From positions 15,252,001-15,316,000 of the forward strand of contig NC_092671.1 in NCBI RefSeq assembly GCF_964355755.1: DNA of 64,000 bases, given 5' to 3'. Source of the stretch: Antedon mediterranea (taxonomy: Eukaryota > Animalia > Echinodermata). Below are positions 25,501 through 39,018 of the stretch, piece by piece (the stretch's first letter is position 1; each line of letters begins with the position of its first letter). The notes beneath the pieces are model-generated. The model was given only the letters and a program-made list of their open reading frames with translations, was not told the origin of the DNA and made no database searches. The translations under genes and the position numbers were made by a program.

Positions 25501-28500
25501 ATAAAGATGAATAATGAAATGGGATCTCAGGAAACCTGGAAGTTTTTTTATAGGTACTAAAAACTACTAAATTTAAATGAAATTTTACACACAATTGAAA
25601 AAACATCTCAGACAATTAATGAATTGATCAAATGTTACAAATCCAGTTCCAAGTTTTGCAAGCACTTATGTTTGTTGGCAGGTGGTTCAAGAGATGGGTG
25701 ACAGAAATGGGATGTCACAAAGGTTGTATTCATGATACTATTATAAATATACATTTGACAAACACCATCATTTCAAGAATATTTATTATTATAGATATGT
25801 AAAAATAAATAAATCACTTACTTAGAAAGACTACTGGATGAAAATGAATAAGGAGAAGTTGCAATGTCCACCTTTGTTACTTCACCTAAAATGATAATTA
25901 CACACCAGGGTTTGAATATTCAACATAGACAATTAATGTGACTGTTGAGGCATGTAGGCATGAATGAAAAAACAGGAAATAGCATCTAAGAGGTAAAAAT
26001 AATAAACACAGCATTCTAAGGGGTTAAAATACTGATAACATATTATGTAATGAATATTTTCTTTACTTCTAAGGGTTAAAGTGTAGAGGTAAAAACCAAT
26101 TTCATTTTTGTAATTAAACTTTTGTCTTTTGGAAACTCAGTCTTGGCTTACTTGAGATTCCACACATAAACATGGACTGTAACAAGGCCTTTTCTTATGA
26201 TCTTTTTTTTCTTACTTTATGTGGTACAATAACAAAATTTAAAAAAATTTATTATAGTTTTATATCAAGAGTAAAACATTGGTTATCTTTGGTTTAACAG
26301 TAGTATTATAATTATTACTATACAATTACCTTCATTTTCAAGCATTCCTGGAATAGTAGTGTTAGTTGTAGCTGTAACCGGTCGACTAGCACTCAGTAAC
26401 GAGCCATGCATTGATGTTCCTTTGGATCTACGCTCTACTATGTCTGCTTTGCGTTGTTCCAATTCTGCTTTGTATTTTTCATACATTGATCTTTGGCTAC
26501 TGGCAGAAAATGGACGTTCACTCTCATACTCGGAAGCATTGCCAGTTGCTAAGTTGGAAACCTTAAAAAAGAATAACATTTAGTTTATTTAAACAGAAAA
26601 ACTAATTAATTGCTACATTGACCCACCACCAGCCTGCTTTGCTGCCACCTAACTAAAGCCCAACTTACCAACCGGTCCTCTTTTAAATTAAATATCAATT
26701 GCAGAGAGAAGTGATATTAAACCACACTGTAGATCACATGGTCTATAGTTTGAGAGATCTTTAATTTGACGGAAACCGGCTTTTATAGTAATATAAGGCA
26801 AAAGCCAACAATTAAAAACATGAACTGTAAAGGAACATTTTTAGTATTTCATGCATTAGTATGTTAGAAAACCCCAAAACCATTTTTATATTCTTATTAC
26901 CAACATAGCTTTAATTAATACCCTTCAATGCACCATGCATAAAAACACATTATAAACACAAATAATTAGGCATATTTATAACATTAATAGCTTACTTTAA
27001 ACCAAACATATTAACTTAATAAACATTCTATATAAACAACATGCACTATTACAGTAGATCAGGCTCATTTTCACTATTTTTCATTTAAAAAAATTAATTA
27101 CTATTATTTGTTGTTGATTTCCTTGACCTGTTATGAGATATAAAGCTAAGTAGTATGTAGACATACAGTTTGTGGCGGCTTACTTGTTACAACTCTGATG
27201 GATTGGCATATAGGAAATAAATCGGAGAGAAACAAATGTTATAAAAACAGTAATACTTCTATTAATTACAATAGACACGTTTCGCGCTCGCGAGGTCACC
27301 GTCAGTTTGACCTTTTAGTGGGTATACAATGGTAAACAAACACAGCGAGAGGTATGTTAAAGCATGGGAGAACTGAGAGATGATCATCTTAAAAAGCAAT
27401 CGTCAAAACTAGCCTTTTGATGGAATGGCATGGTAAGGATGTTATTTATTTTCTAAACTTATGTTTTATATTCACTGTAGAATTATTTGGGCATTTGGTT
27501 CGGAATCATCGACTTTATTTATGTATTGTCATTTTTGGTTTGACACATAATACATATATATTACGGTGCATTTAATACATGTTAACTGTTGATTTTATTT
27601 ACAAATGTTGCGTAAATATATTAATTATTATCTTTCATTCTTCTTCATGCTCCTATTGCATCTTCCATGTATTATGTGATGTTCTTCGGCGCTTAAACAG
27701 ACACCCAAGCCTCCTAGGCCTAGTAGACGAAGTATCGCATCAGGCAACGCCACCGGGCGGGCGGAGAGACCCGAGCACGTCGTGGACGTACCTTTCCTTG
27801 AACAATTTCCAAGATTTTGCGCCACTATCCTTCGGAGCCGACGCAAACCACTCAGCAAGTGTTTGAAAATTAAAAACAGGAATATTATTCAGTGATTTTG
27901 TGTAGTTAAATTCACGATTTATCCAACATATACAACATTTATGATGCACCTTGCAACAAAAGCACTCGGCAGTCGCCATTTCGCTATGCTTCAACACGCA
28001 CTAGGCGAGAGGTGTTCGGTTTGTTTACAAATCTATACCCACTATTTCTGATTGGTCGCGAGCGAGAAATGTGTCTATTGATGACACAAAATGCATTACA
28101 AAAATGTCTTGATATTCATTAAAATAAAAACTACTTTCTAGGTTTATCTTATTGGTGCAGTTCATACTCAACATTCTGTGGTTTCTGCAATGCTAGAGTT
28201 TGTTGATTTTCACAAAAGCAACCCATAAAAAAACAAATATATTAGACAAAATGTTGTTTATCAAAATGTTTTGTTACGCAAAAATGTTTGACAATGAATG
28301 GGTCATGTACTACGAGCATAGGAGAAGCTTTGTTCCTAGCAAAATAACTTACTTAATAAATGTTATGTAATGATGCTGAAAAACTTAAAAGCAAACCTCA
28401 GATTAACTGCATTCATGTTAGTTATTTGTATAGTTTGAATTAGTTAATACATTTCAACCCATCCAAGATGCATCTCTTACCCACAATGCATCAATTTATT

Positions 28501-31500
28501 GCGCTAGAAGCAACCCACACAGTTATCCATGCATTGCTGTTCCACTTTAATAACTATTTGTGTTATTTAAAGTCCAAATAATCAGCATTATATTAGGTCC
28601 AATATACTTTAAATTAGTAAAGATGCAGCAGCAACAATTGTAGATGCACTTCTTACCCACAATGCCGCAGTTTGTTGATCATTATCATGTGACATTGACA
28701 CAGAGAAATGAGGGCTAATGACTTCACTGTGTGCTTGAGATATTTGATCAAACTGTTCAACTTCTTTTTCTGGATAGCTCACCGCATCATTAACAATAAG
28801 CGGTTCAGTTTGAGTGTCAACATCGACATATTCCTTGAATAATTTCTTAAGGAGGAAGTCTGATATGTCTAAATCACTCGTAAGGAGATTGTATAGAGGA
28901 TGGTGACGCTAAAAGAATTTTACAGACAAAAGTGAAGTGTTTACATTTTACAGTACAATATTAAGTAAAAAAAACAAAGGACACAAATAAATATACTGTG
29001 AAAACGTAATATTGTATAGTGATAATATTAAGGTATAGAAAAAAAAAGTCAATACAAGTCTACCCTTTACATGGCACCACTTTAATATGGCATGTCTTGA
29101 GTGGTAAAACGCATTGATTAAAATGTATGAGTAAAGGATTGACCGAAGCTGGAAATAGTTGTACTGAAGAACCTAATACAGAGTTGAGAACACATTTTAG
29201 AATGGCAAGAAGATAAGATAAGGTGATATATGTATGAAATACTTACAGGAATGGAATCAACAGCAGTTACTTCTCTGGAATTCAACTGGATTGATATACT
29301 GTCTGCTGAAGCTTCAGTGCCATCTTCAACCTGCTGTAAATGTGGAATGATGAATGAATGAAACTGAATGAACAAACTAAATATTTAGTTGGATGAAAGA
29401 GCAAATGTATAGTATTTGATAGGAACTGCAAAAAAATCATTAGGTTTGATGAAATGGCACAACAGCAAAGACCAAAACGCGTAATAAACTTCTTTGCTAT
29501 CATGTCAAATTCCGAACTTGTGGTAGTTGCCAAAACTATCACAATATCAATTAGCATATACACATGTGTGGATATGTATCACACTCTAGTGCATCACCGT
29601 ATTTAGTACTACATTTAAAATCCCCTAAAGTAGATAATCTGTACCTTTATCTTGTCACTTTTTTCGTCAACATTAGGATCTGTCTGAACATATGTTGATG
29701 ACATTTCTCCTTTACGAACAGTTAATGTCACTTCTCCTGCTTCTGATATCTCTGCAAATTCAACCTAATGAAACAAATTTCATTAATTACATCTCCACAT
29801 TTGAAATCAAAGTACATAATTACATCACTTGAGTTTAACCAAGCAATCCTCATTGTGTTTGTTTAATGTTATTTCCTACCTTAGCTTATACAAATAACTT
29901 TATAATCCTATATTATAATAATTACTAACAGAAAAAAAATAATATAGATTGTTATTTAAATATTATTGGTTGAATTAAAAATATCTTTGAAACAAAATTT
30001 GTTCATACATAACACTATAAAAATTGATATGTTTTTTTTTATCTAAATAAAGACTACATTTGTGGTTTATATTTCTTAGCAGTTTTTGTTTAGAATTAAT
30101 TATGTTTAAAGCTCTGTCTACACTATCCAACTTTATGTGACAACAAATGTTAATGTGCCCATATATGGTCACAATGATGTCACAACACTACATATTTGGG
30201 CACATCACACTTATTTGTCAAACTTGCTTGATAGTGTAGACAGAGCTTAAAAGACAATGGGCACGATTGAGTATGTACAGACTTGGCACTTACAAGTTTT
30301 GCTTGTTCATTAACAATATCTTCAAGTTGCGCCATAGCTCCGTCAGCTTCCTTCTCTGCGTCATTCTGTAATTTCTGAGCTTGTTCTACCTGCACTGTCA
30401 ACACTTGACGTTCCTTTTAAAAATATATATTTAATTACAATAATTACAAATGCATAATTTTAAATGGTAAAAGTATAGAGTTATTAAAAAGAAAAAAGAA
30501 ATTATTTTTTTAAAGACAATTGCAAATTCTGATTTTACAGACATTCAAATTAACTATTAAAGATTAGAGACAATGACATGTTTTACTTACAGAATCCCAT
30601 TTTTGCTGCCTATCAATCAACTGCGATCGTAGCTTTTTAACTCTGGTATGGTGTTCTTCTTTAACAGTTTTCAATTCATTTGACAGTCCACGTATTACCA
30701 TTAAACTCTGTAAGATAATTTAGACCAGGCTAGAATTGAATAAACTCATTATGTAGAGTATTTATAATTTGTTTACATATTTCACTACTTTACAGATAGG
30801 TAGTGATCCCTTCACATACAGCAACATCCATACATAAAAGGCATATTAACTCAAAATCCAAATTTGATTCATAAAAAGTCTCAGAAGAGTTTGTATGTCA
30901 CAAAAGTCAATCATTCGGATTTGAACCGTTGCCCTTACGAATGGAAGGTGAGCATCTTACTATTATGCCATATCTTACCTCTCCTCTGTAATGCTTAAAG
31001 GCTGATGATAATTGCTCAGGTGGTACTTGTACCCACTTCTGCTCATCTTCCAATGCAAATTTGTCTTCAAATGGTATTTCACTTACAGGCTCTAAGTTAG
31101 ACTTGGTTCTTGAAACCTTTCTAGGCGTTGATGACTTGCTACCATCTAAGTCTAACAAAGATGAATTAAAAAGAAATATCAGATAATTTCTTTTTTTAAT
31201 ACTTTATACAGGACTGTAAAAAGCTAGTGGTAATATATTCAATAATGTGTAGTACATGTAATGTGCAGTGGTGGATTTTGTACTGTAGATCATGTTAAAA
31301 ATGTATTGTGAAAATATACTACAAATACACCTGACAAAATAAATAAAAATACATTAAAATGACAATACCTTTTGTTTGCACTGATTTTAATGACCCTTCT
31401 TTAGGTGTTGAAGGTGCTGATGTTTTAAGAGAAACCTGCAAAAATTGTAACAATAATATGTATACAGTAAGTATTTTTTATCAAAAGACACTTTTATCGC

Positions 31501-34500
31501 TACTTCTTTAATTATTAAATTCATAATCCCAGTACAGTATAAACTCTACCTCTATAACTCCTATTTAGGGGACAGTTCCCCACGAACTGAACGTGAAAAA
31601 AAAAGTGTTTTTACACTAGGGCCTTCTCCTATTCAAGTGACAGTCCCACTTTATTGGGCCCTGAAAATGTTCACTCAACTTAATAAGGGTTGGACTGTAT
31701 ATTCATTTACCTTTTTGATTGATGATGAACCAAATGTTGATTCCTAAAAAATTAAACCAATTTTAAATCAATCATTATAGTTAACAAATTAAATATTAAA
31801 ATTACATAATACTTTTGAAATTATTGTAGTTCACGATGTATTAATTTTTCCCCAAAAACATAAAAAACTTTAATAAGTAATGATTACCTTTTTTCTCAAA
31901 TTAGAACTGCGTTTTTGACTAATGTTAGTAGACTGCCTGCTGACTCCTAATGAATCTTGTTCATCATCAGAGTCGGACGCCCAGCTCCTCACTCGGTTTA
32001 CAGAATTCTCCTAGAAAACATCAATTATTAGACTTAAAACAGAATAAAAAACATACTGACTTACTGGAGTATAATTTACAGGGAAAGACAGATAACAACA
32101 ATTGAGGTAGTTAAAAAACATAGCCATTGCCAACATTTAAACAAGATTTAATTGATAAGAATGAAAATTTTACGTTCATATAAGCATACAAAAAAAATGA
32201 TTACAAAAACTGTACATTTACTTGCAAACATTCCTACAATTAAACAACTATATCATTATCAAAACAAAAATATATAACAGGCACACTGTACATTTATACT
32301 AATCATTTATACACTGAAAAAGACAAAACAGTGTTTAAAAACAACGTACAGTAGTAACTTTATAAAAGTAAAAACATTATAGCAATTATTGGGAAAACTA
32401 GCTCTATGGATAAGCATAGCACAATAAAAAATAGAATACAAAATAAAGCATTAAAAGTAACAAAATTATACCGATCAATCAGGCATGCAAAATAATAATT
32501 ACAGCTTGCAAAAAAAAAATAACCATGAGAAGCATCTACAACATAATATATTAAACATTTTACAGGGAGACTGCTATTTGCACATAAGGTTGGGTTCCAT
32601 GCAGTGGGTCACATGGCCTTACCCCCGATGACGTGGAAGAGCGACGAGAAGAAGACGAAGATGATGATGAAGACGATAACGTTGGAGACGAAGGCATAGA
32701 AGAAGTCGAGGAAGATGCCTTTGAAATACCAGAGCCGTTATGCTCCTCCTTGGTTAAGTTAAAATTAACATTCACTGTTAATAATATTACTTTTAATATT
32801 GCTAATTAATCTACTTTTTCCCCTTAAATTTTATATGTTTCTTGTGCTCTATAAAGTGTTAACATTGAAGTAGCACATTTTTATATTTTTTTTCCAATAA
32901 TATTCCTTAACACCTTTAACATTTATTTGTTTAAGACCTCTTTAAATTAAAGAGTTTTTTCGTTTATAAATTTAATTTTTATATAAAAAGAAATAAACCA
33001 ATAATAATGATACTGACCTCAATCTGGTCTAGTTTTTCTGTGTATTCTTGCTTTATTTTTTCTACTTCTTCTTCATGTTCCTTGTTAAGTTTAGCAATTT
33101 CAAGATCATGTTGCTTCTGTAGACCTACAATAAAACAATAGAAATTATGCTAAGATACTTAAAAAAGGGGTGTTAAAGAATTACAGAAAAGATTCTTATA
33201 GAATCGTAACAGGAAAGAGAAAAAAAAGCACTATGTATTGTTTGCAATGAAACTTATGCAAAGATACTTTACTATAAATAATTCTTACAGAATCTTGAAT
33301 TGTTTGTAAATGTATATATACAAAATAATTGATTGAAATTAATTTGAAAACAAAAGATAAACAATTAAAGAAATGTTAATATAATAATATACAAATTATC
33401 ACCTTTTCTTGTATCCTCAAATACCACTTGGGAACCAGAAAATTTATTTTCAAGTTTGTTAATTGCCAACTGAAAAATAAAACCACCAATGTAAATACAA
33501 AAATAAACTCACCAGTCTGTCCATTGCCTTTGATAAAAATATCTAATGCCATTTAAAAATCTATTCAATTACATTAAAGATTTTAGATTACAAAATGGTA
33601 GAACTGGTATAAAATAGAAAGCTGTTAACTTTATAGGAATGTCAAGGGAGGTTATTGTAACGGTTTTGTCTCCTAGCAGTTCATAACCAATAACAACGTT
33701 TAAATGAAGATGCTGTTTATGTAAAGAAAAAAACAAATGACAAATCAATAGAATTAGCTTTAAAAAGTCAACATAATCAGGTTAAGAAAACAATAGGGCT
33801 AGAAGTTGATACAGTAGCAGATTAAAGAAATCAATACTTCGTGACAATGTGAACATGACTATCATCTGTTGCATGATAGAGGGCTCAGTTCAATAAATAA
33901 ATGTGATCATAAGCTCATCACATGCACTAAAATTAATAGCAAAAACAATCTGTTAGTACTTAGATGTGCTGTGAACAAAATTAGCTATGAATTAAACAGA
34001 TAAATAATAAAAATAACATGTTTAAAGCACAAACATTTCTGATTCTCAAATAAAATATGTACAAAATATTGGTTGAGTATCATAGTTGTTTAGATAGTTT
34101 AAAGAATAAATACAATGCATTTGACGAGTATAAAATAAAGACGCCAATCAACAGCAATTATACATAATTAATTATTTGTGTACACTGCAATAACAGAGAA
34201 TGGTAAAAATAGTAGAACCTACTTGGTGTTTTGACTGTTAAGAATGCAGAGGTTGAAGAGAAGTAAATGGACAAATTAAGATAAAATATATAAATAATGT
34301 CTTCAATAATGAAACACTAATATAAGCAATAAAACATTTAAATTATCAAAATAAGAAATAATTAACTTGCAACGACTGAACTACATAGAGTTAAGTTCTG
34401 TCCATACTATCAAACTAATTTGAAAAAAAAGTGTGATATGCCCAAATATGGTACTGATATGACATTATCTCCATATATGGGCACATCGCAATTCTTGTCA

Positions 34501-37500
34501 CATAAAGTTTGATATTGTAGACAGAGCTTTAGTTTAAGTAATACACAAACGTTTTGAATAGAGGTGATAAAGAACATCATTCATGTCAATTTTTCTTCTT
34601 TAAACTATAAACAATAATTGACCATGTACACTTTTAATATATGATTGTTCGTTTAGTTTTAAATTTCATTTGTGATAGAAAACAATTTGTTAATATGAAT
34701 GGTGTTAAGTCAGAAATCGTAACCTCTGACACCGGTGTTCCTCAGGGTACTGTCAACGCACCTAAATTATATTCCTTGTATACGGCCGATTACAGATCTT
34801 TAAATGATGAGCTTTGCCCCGTTGTTAAATTCGCTGATGACACTTGTACTATTGGTCTCATAGTTTAACAATGATGAACATTATCGTAGCGAAATACAAA
34901 GATTTGTTAAATTTTGTGACGATAATTATCTCCAAATAAATGCATCTAAAACAAAGGAGATGATCATTGATTTTAGGACTAAACATAAATTTAATTTTCA
35001 ACCAATCACTATCAAAGGTAAAGAAATTGAAATTGTTGACCAGTACAAGTATCTAGGTATTGTTTTCAATGATAAACTGAATTGGGGAGACCATATAGAC
35101 TTCATCAGCAAAAAATTAAATCCCAGAATGTATTGTATGAGAACTTTATATAAATTTAACTCCTGTGATTTGATGTTACTTTCGTTCTATAGTTCCGTTA
35201 TATGTAGTGTTTGGACGTACTGCCTCTCCTGTTGGGCTGGTAATGTTACCGGAGGGAATAAAGGACGCCTTGAAACTTTCATCCGTCGGGCTGGTAAAAT
35301 GATTGGTCTGGAACTGCCTTCCATTACCGATGTGCACCTAGAACACCTCCAGAAAGATTTTGAACGCATTGAGTCGGATGCCTCTCATCCTCTCCACAAA
35401 GTGATCATAGACCAACTTAATCCAAGTGGTAGATTGAGGCTCCTTAGTGTGAAAACAAATCGATATGCCAAATCCTTTATTCCCTCCGGTATCATCCAGT
35501 ACAACAGAAAGTCAAGAAGATAATTTTATCTTGTATTTTTTGATGTTTTTATATGAATGGTTTTATGCTATATTTATTTTTATTGTGTTTTCTTGTTATT
35601 GTGACGAGCAATGAATTTCCTTTTTGAGGATCAATAAAAGTTATCTTATCTTATCTTATCTTATGATATTTAGTTTTTTTATATTTTGAGCTAGTCTATA
35701 TCCTACCAGATTATTTCAAATAAAGTTACAATTTAGCAGTCACCTTATATTAAAATAATAAATCATACATATCTTACCTCTTGTTGTTCATTGGTTGCTT
35801 TTAATTTAGCTATTGTGTGTTCCCTTGTATGTTCAACTTGTTGTAATGATAATTGAAGATCAGAAATTTGACGTTGCAACAAAACAATCTCATCTTCTTT
35901 ATCTTTTACTTCCTCTTTTAGTACATCAACTTCAGTTAAGTTTTTCTAAAAAGATTATTGAAAATAATAACTAAGAAATAAACAATTTTATACATGTATA
36001 AAAGAAACATTTTCAAAATATTAAAAGGCAGTTTGATATAAGAAAACTAAATCCAAATGCAAATTACTGGAAAAATAACAATCCTGTGGGCATCAGTGGC
36101 TGGATCTTAATGAAGATACAAAATAAAATAAGTAAAAAGCTAAATCAAACTGATAAAGTAAAACAGCCAGAAATATTTTCAAGCAACACCTTCATCAGTG
36201 CAAGTTTTAAACTAAAAATCTTTATTAGTAAATTTACGAGAATGGAGGCCAAAAAGAGCCTACCTTAGCCATCTCAGAAGCATGTTTCAAACGTTGAATT
36301 TCCAAGGTTTTCACATCAATCTGACGATATAATTTGGTCATTTGATCTTCCTTATCTTCAATTTCTATATCGCATAAAACACATAAATACTTAATTAAAT
36401 CATAGCACAATATTGCTAATAATCTAAAATATTCAATAATTGTGATAGAAATAGAAATGAGTTCAAGATTGCCACTGTATAATACCACACCATATTTTGG
36501 TTTTAGCTATTTTTTTTAGCAATCTTTAAAATACTTACCAGTTTGAGCTCCCAGTAGCTTATCTGTTAAACTCATTATGTCTTCTTTGGCCTGAAGAAGT
36601 GCCTTTTCCAATTTTTTCTTGCTCCTAACAAATAAATTTTTTTATTGAAACCATAGTGTAACAAGTACTATTTACGTATCGACAATAAATTTCAGCATCT
36701 TGATGTACCTCCTTTTAGACTGAAAATTTCCGAATATTTTGTTTCTGTTTCAGGACCGCGAATCTGGAATGATCTTGATGATAAACTAAAGCATTTTAAA
36801 TCTCTTTATACTTTTCGTAAAAATTTAAAAAAATATCTTATTTCTTTATACTAATTTTAATATTATTATGATTGTAGTACACTGAAAGTATCTATTTTTA
36901 TTTCATCGTTTTTATTTATTATTTTATGTAGTAAATTGTATTAGTTTAAATGTATGTGTATTGTTTCTGGGGTCTTTCTCGAGACAAGAAACTTGTTTTC
37001 TTCTAGAGAAGACCCCAAATGATGGCTTATTACTATGTTTTCATTTATGTGAATGTTCCTATAATTATATTATTGTATAATGCCATTGTTGAATAAATAA
37101 ATGTTTTTTGAACTTGAACTTGTTTATCTGTAAAGTGAATGTTCCTATTTGTCTTTTACATTTAAAACAAATATTTATATTACCATATAACATTTATTTA
37201 TTTCAACAATTTAACGAGAGTGGTCCATCCAGCTGAAGCTGATCATAGGGGAACAGCAGAACAATACAATCACATAAAATATAACAGTTGACAACAATTA
37301 AAATAAACTAGGTTGACTCACTTTGAAGCAGCCTTTCCACCTCCCATAGCCACCACGTAACGGACCATCTCCTGGTTGATTTCTTGAAGACGTTTGGAAG
37401 CTGTATCTGCTGTTTCCAAAGCATCTTGCACTTTGCTTGATAGCTCTTCTAATTCAAACTCTTGTGGGGGAGCATTGAACTCTTCTTCTAAGTTTGATGA

Positions 37501-39018
37501 GTGTGTATTGAAAAACTATGGTTTACAAAGATAATTGGGTCAGGATTTTATTGTTTTTTTAAATAAATACAATCTACCATGGACAAATTAAACAGAAGGA
37601 CTTGCATAGGATGGGGATATTCTGCATTACATTATCAAGCTATTCACTAGGCCTAGGTGTCCTGCTCTGGGACAACTCAACGATACATTCGCAGCTAAGA
37701 AGATGATTAACAGGACTTGCGGTGGTAAGATTAAAAAACAATCCTATATTGTCAGGCCATTCACCTGGCCTAGTCAAACTTAAACAACGGTTCCTGCTCT
37801 TGGAAAGATAGCTTAACAGTATATGCGCAACTAAGATGACGTTTGTATATTTTGTAACAGTTTCAAGACAGACAGATGCAAGTCTTTCTGTTAAATTTAT
37901 TTTTAGAAATACAATGATTAAATTAAATGAATAGAAAGATTTGATGAATCTAGTTCCTAGTGGTAATAGTGTTCATAAATTGAAAGGGGACTGTAGAATA
38001 TAAACCTCATTGATCTGGGTGAGAAGCTTCACCCTAGCAGTAGCATTGCTCTCAAAACCTACAACAAACACCATGACTTGTTGCTGATACTTTTTCTTTT
38101 GAATAGTGTCACTTATTATCCTCTCCAACTCAATCTATTAAAAAATCAATCAATTTTAAAGAAAATTAAATGAAAATAAAGCATAACATATTTAAAATGA
38201 GAAATTTCCAAAATGCAAGTGAGTACTGCAAGCAGATCTATAGCATAACACCATTTTGATGGCCTTCAATAATTGATTTCATCCACAGAGAATAAAAGCT
38301 GTACACTTTGCCTAGGTTGTTTTAGGCCAACGTTTTGTAGACAAACCATGACCTTTAGGATCTGACAAGCAATAAAGTGTGACGCAGCAATTATAAACTA
38401 AAGGTATGGACATCAATTACAACTTTTAGTGAAAAGAGCATTACATCATTGAGCTTTAATATCTTACCAAATCAGGAACAAAATATGTAGCTTTATTTTC
38501 TTCCATAAGTTTTTCATTCAGTTCAAATGCAGCCATGGTCTAAAAATAAAAAGCAAAGATTAATTTGTAACCAATGTTTAGTGTAAAAAGACATCTAAAT
38601 ATAAGCATGGTGTTGATTATTGTCAATAGGCCAATTAGTATCTATTAAGATCCAAACATTATGTTTCTTATTAATTAATGGAAAAATGGGTTCAATAAAT
38701 CTTATCTTTACTAAGTTATAACTTAAAATCTAAAAAAAAAAATGATTATAGTAGTGTCTCTATAACATAAATTATAAGTTGATAATTGTAAAAATGCATT
38801 AAAAAAATTTGTATCACCACCACTCCACAATATTCAATGATTTTTTTCCTTCTTACCATATCAACTCTATTGTGTATTTTATTAAGTTCATATTGTGTCT
38901 CTTCTGCTCGACGTTTTGCCATTGATCGAGTTGTTTTATCAATTACAATCTGAGCTGGTGCATCTCCACGGTCCAAAAGAGACATGGACCCACAAAACGG
39001 AGTGTTCAAGGTATCCAT
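16935..39018 (-). CDS. Large multi-exon coiled-coil protein, tentatively FAM186A/B-like
   Basis: More than 30 in-frame GT-AG exons, e.g. 38857-39018 (MDTLNTPFCG..), 38468-38539, 38006-38134, 37322-37515, 36264-36364, 35778-35945, 33403-33469, 32623-32748, 31889-32011, about 26330-26561, 22266-22390, 20097-20238 and a Ser/Pro-rich last coding exon ending at TGA 16937-16935. The segment ..KYTHHTNMKAIE..LLERMEALQSKRAQRWGDDMDKLAEERQMLANLLMETL..KPI recalls the FAM186 C-terminal region (from memory, not searched). Confidence 0.75.
18062..18275 (+). mobile_element. tRNA-derived SINE
   Basis: A-box-like TAGCTTGGTGG, B-box GGTTCAATCC, tRNA-like 5' head, unique body, A-rich tail. A second copy lies at 704. 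Confidence 0.7.
19120..19645 (+). mobile_element. 3' fragment of a LINE related to the 12265-13705 element
   Basis: Translates ..IERVQKRALRIIYGMNYVSYESALKLSDLPSLVNRR..RTERFRSSPVPFLVRLIN*. It has the same ttcagcc..ggctgc 3' hairpin and AATAAA. Confidence 0.85.
20473..21724. mobile_element. Non-autonomous hAT-type DNA transposon (1252 bp) inserted into a MITE
   Basis: Perfect 15-bp TIR CAGTGGCGTATCCAG/CTGGATACGCCACTG and exact 8-bp TSD CATCATGT (20465-20472, 21725-21732). Confidence 0.9.
22063..22239. mobile_element. Short degenerate MITE with AGGGAG-type termini
   Basis: Imperfect TIR AGGGAGTTTTCGATTT / AAATCAAAATCTTCCT, flanked by AAT/ACT. Confidence 0.5.
23614..24120. mobile_element. Non-autonomous PIF/Harbinger-group element (507 bp)
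   Basis: Long imperfect TIR AGAGAGGTTTCGCAATCTTACGAATACGATAACG / CGTTATCGTATTAGTAAGGTTGCGAAACCTCCCT and 3-bp TSD AAT. Confidence 0.8.
24840..25031. mobile_element. Tc1/mariner-like MITE family (CAGTA..TACTG ends, tattcaggggacac motifs). Related copies at about 4757-4921, 10990-11113, 23318-23462, 31533-31699
   Basis: Shared internal motifs (ggggacac, gggtcctgaaggtgtcccct..atag) and CAGTA/TACTG termini in TA context. Confidence 0.6.
27269..28080 (-). mobile_element. TIR element with a decayed coding remnant, possibly ISL2EU/Harbinger group
   Basis: TIR CAATAGACACGTTTCGCGCTCGCGA / TCGCGAGCGAGAAATGTGTCTATTG, and a second internal IR (agtgggtata..gtaaacaaac). Minus-strand fragments SWKLFKERYVHDV and HIIHGRCNRSMKKNE. 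Confidence 0.7.
34640..35664 (+). mobile_element. 5'-truncated, frameshifted Rex1/Babar-like LINE
   Basis: GVPQGTVNAPKLYSLYT, KFADD, KTKEMIIDFR, YKYLG, SHPLH, KTNRYAKSFIP. 3' end gaatttcc..ggatcaataaa followed by a (CTTAT)n tail. Confidence 0.9.
36670..37122 (+). mobile_element. 3' end fragment of an L2/Crack-like LINE
   Basis: Encodes ..VSGPRIWNDLDDKLKHFKSLYTFRKNLKKYLISLY*, then a hairpin-containing 3' UTR, AATAAA and a (CTTGAA)n tail. Confidence 0.7.
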
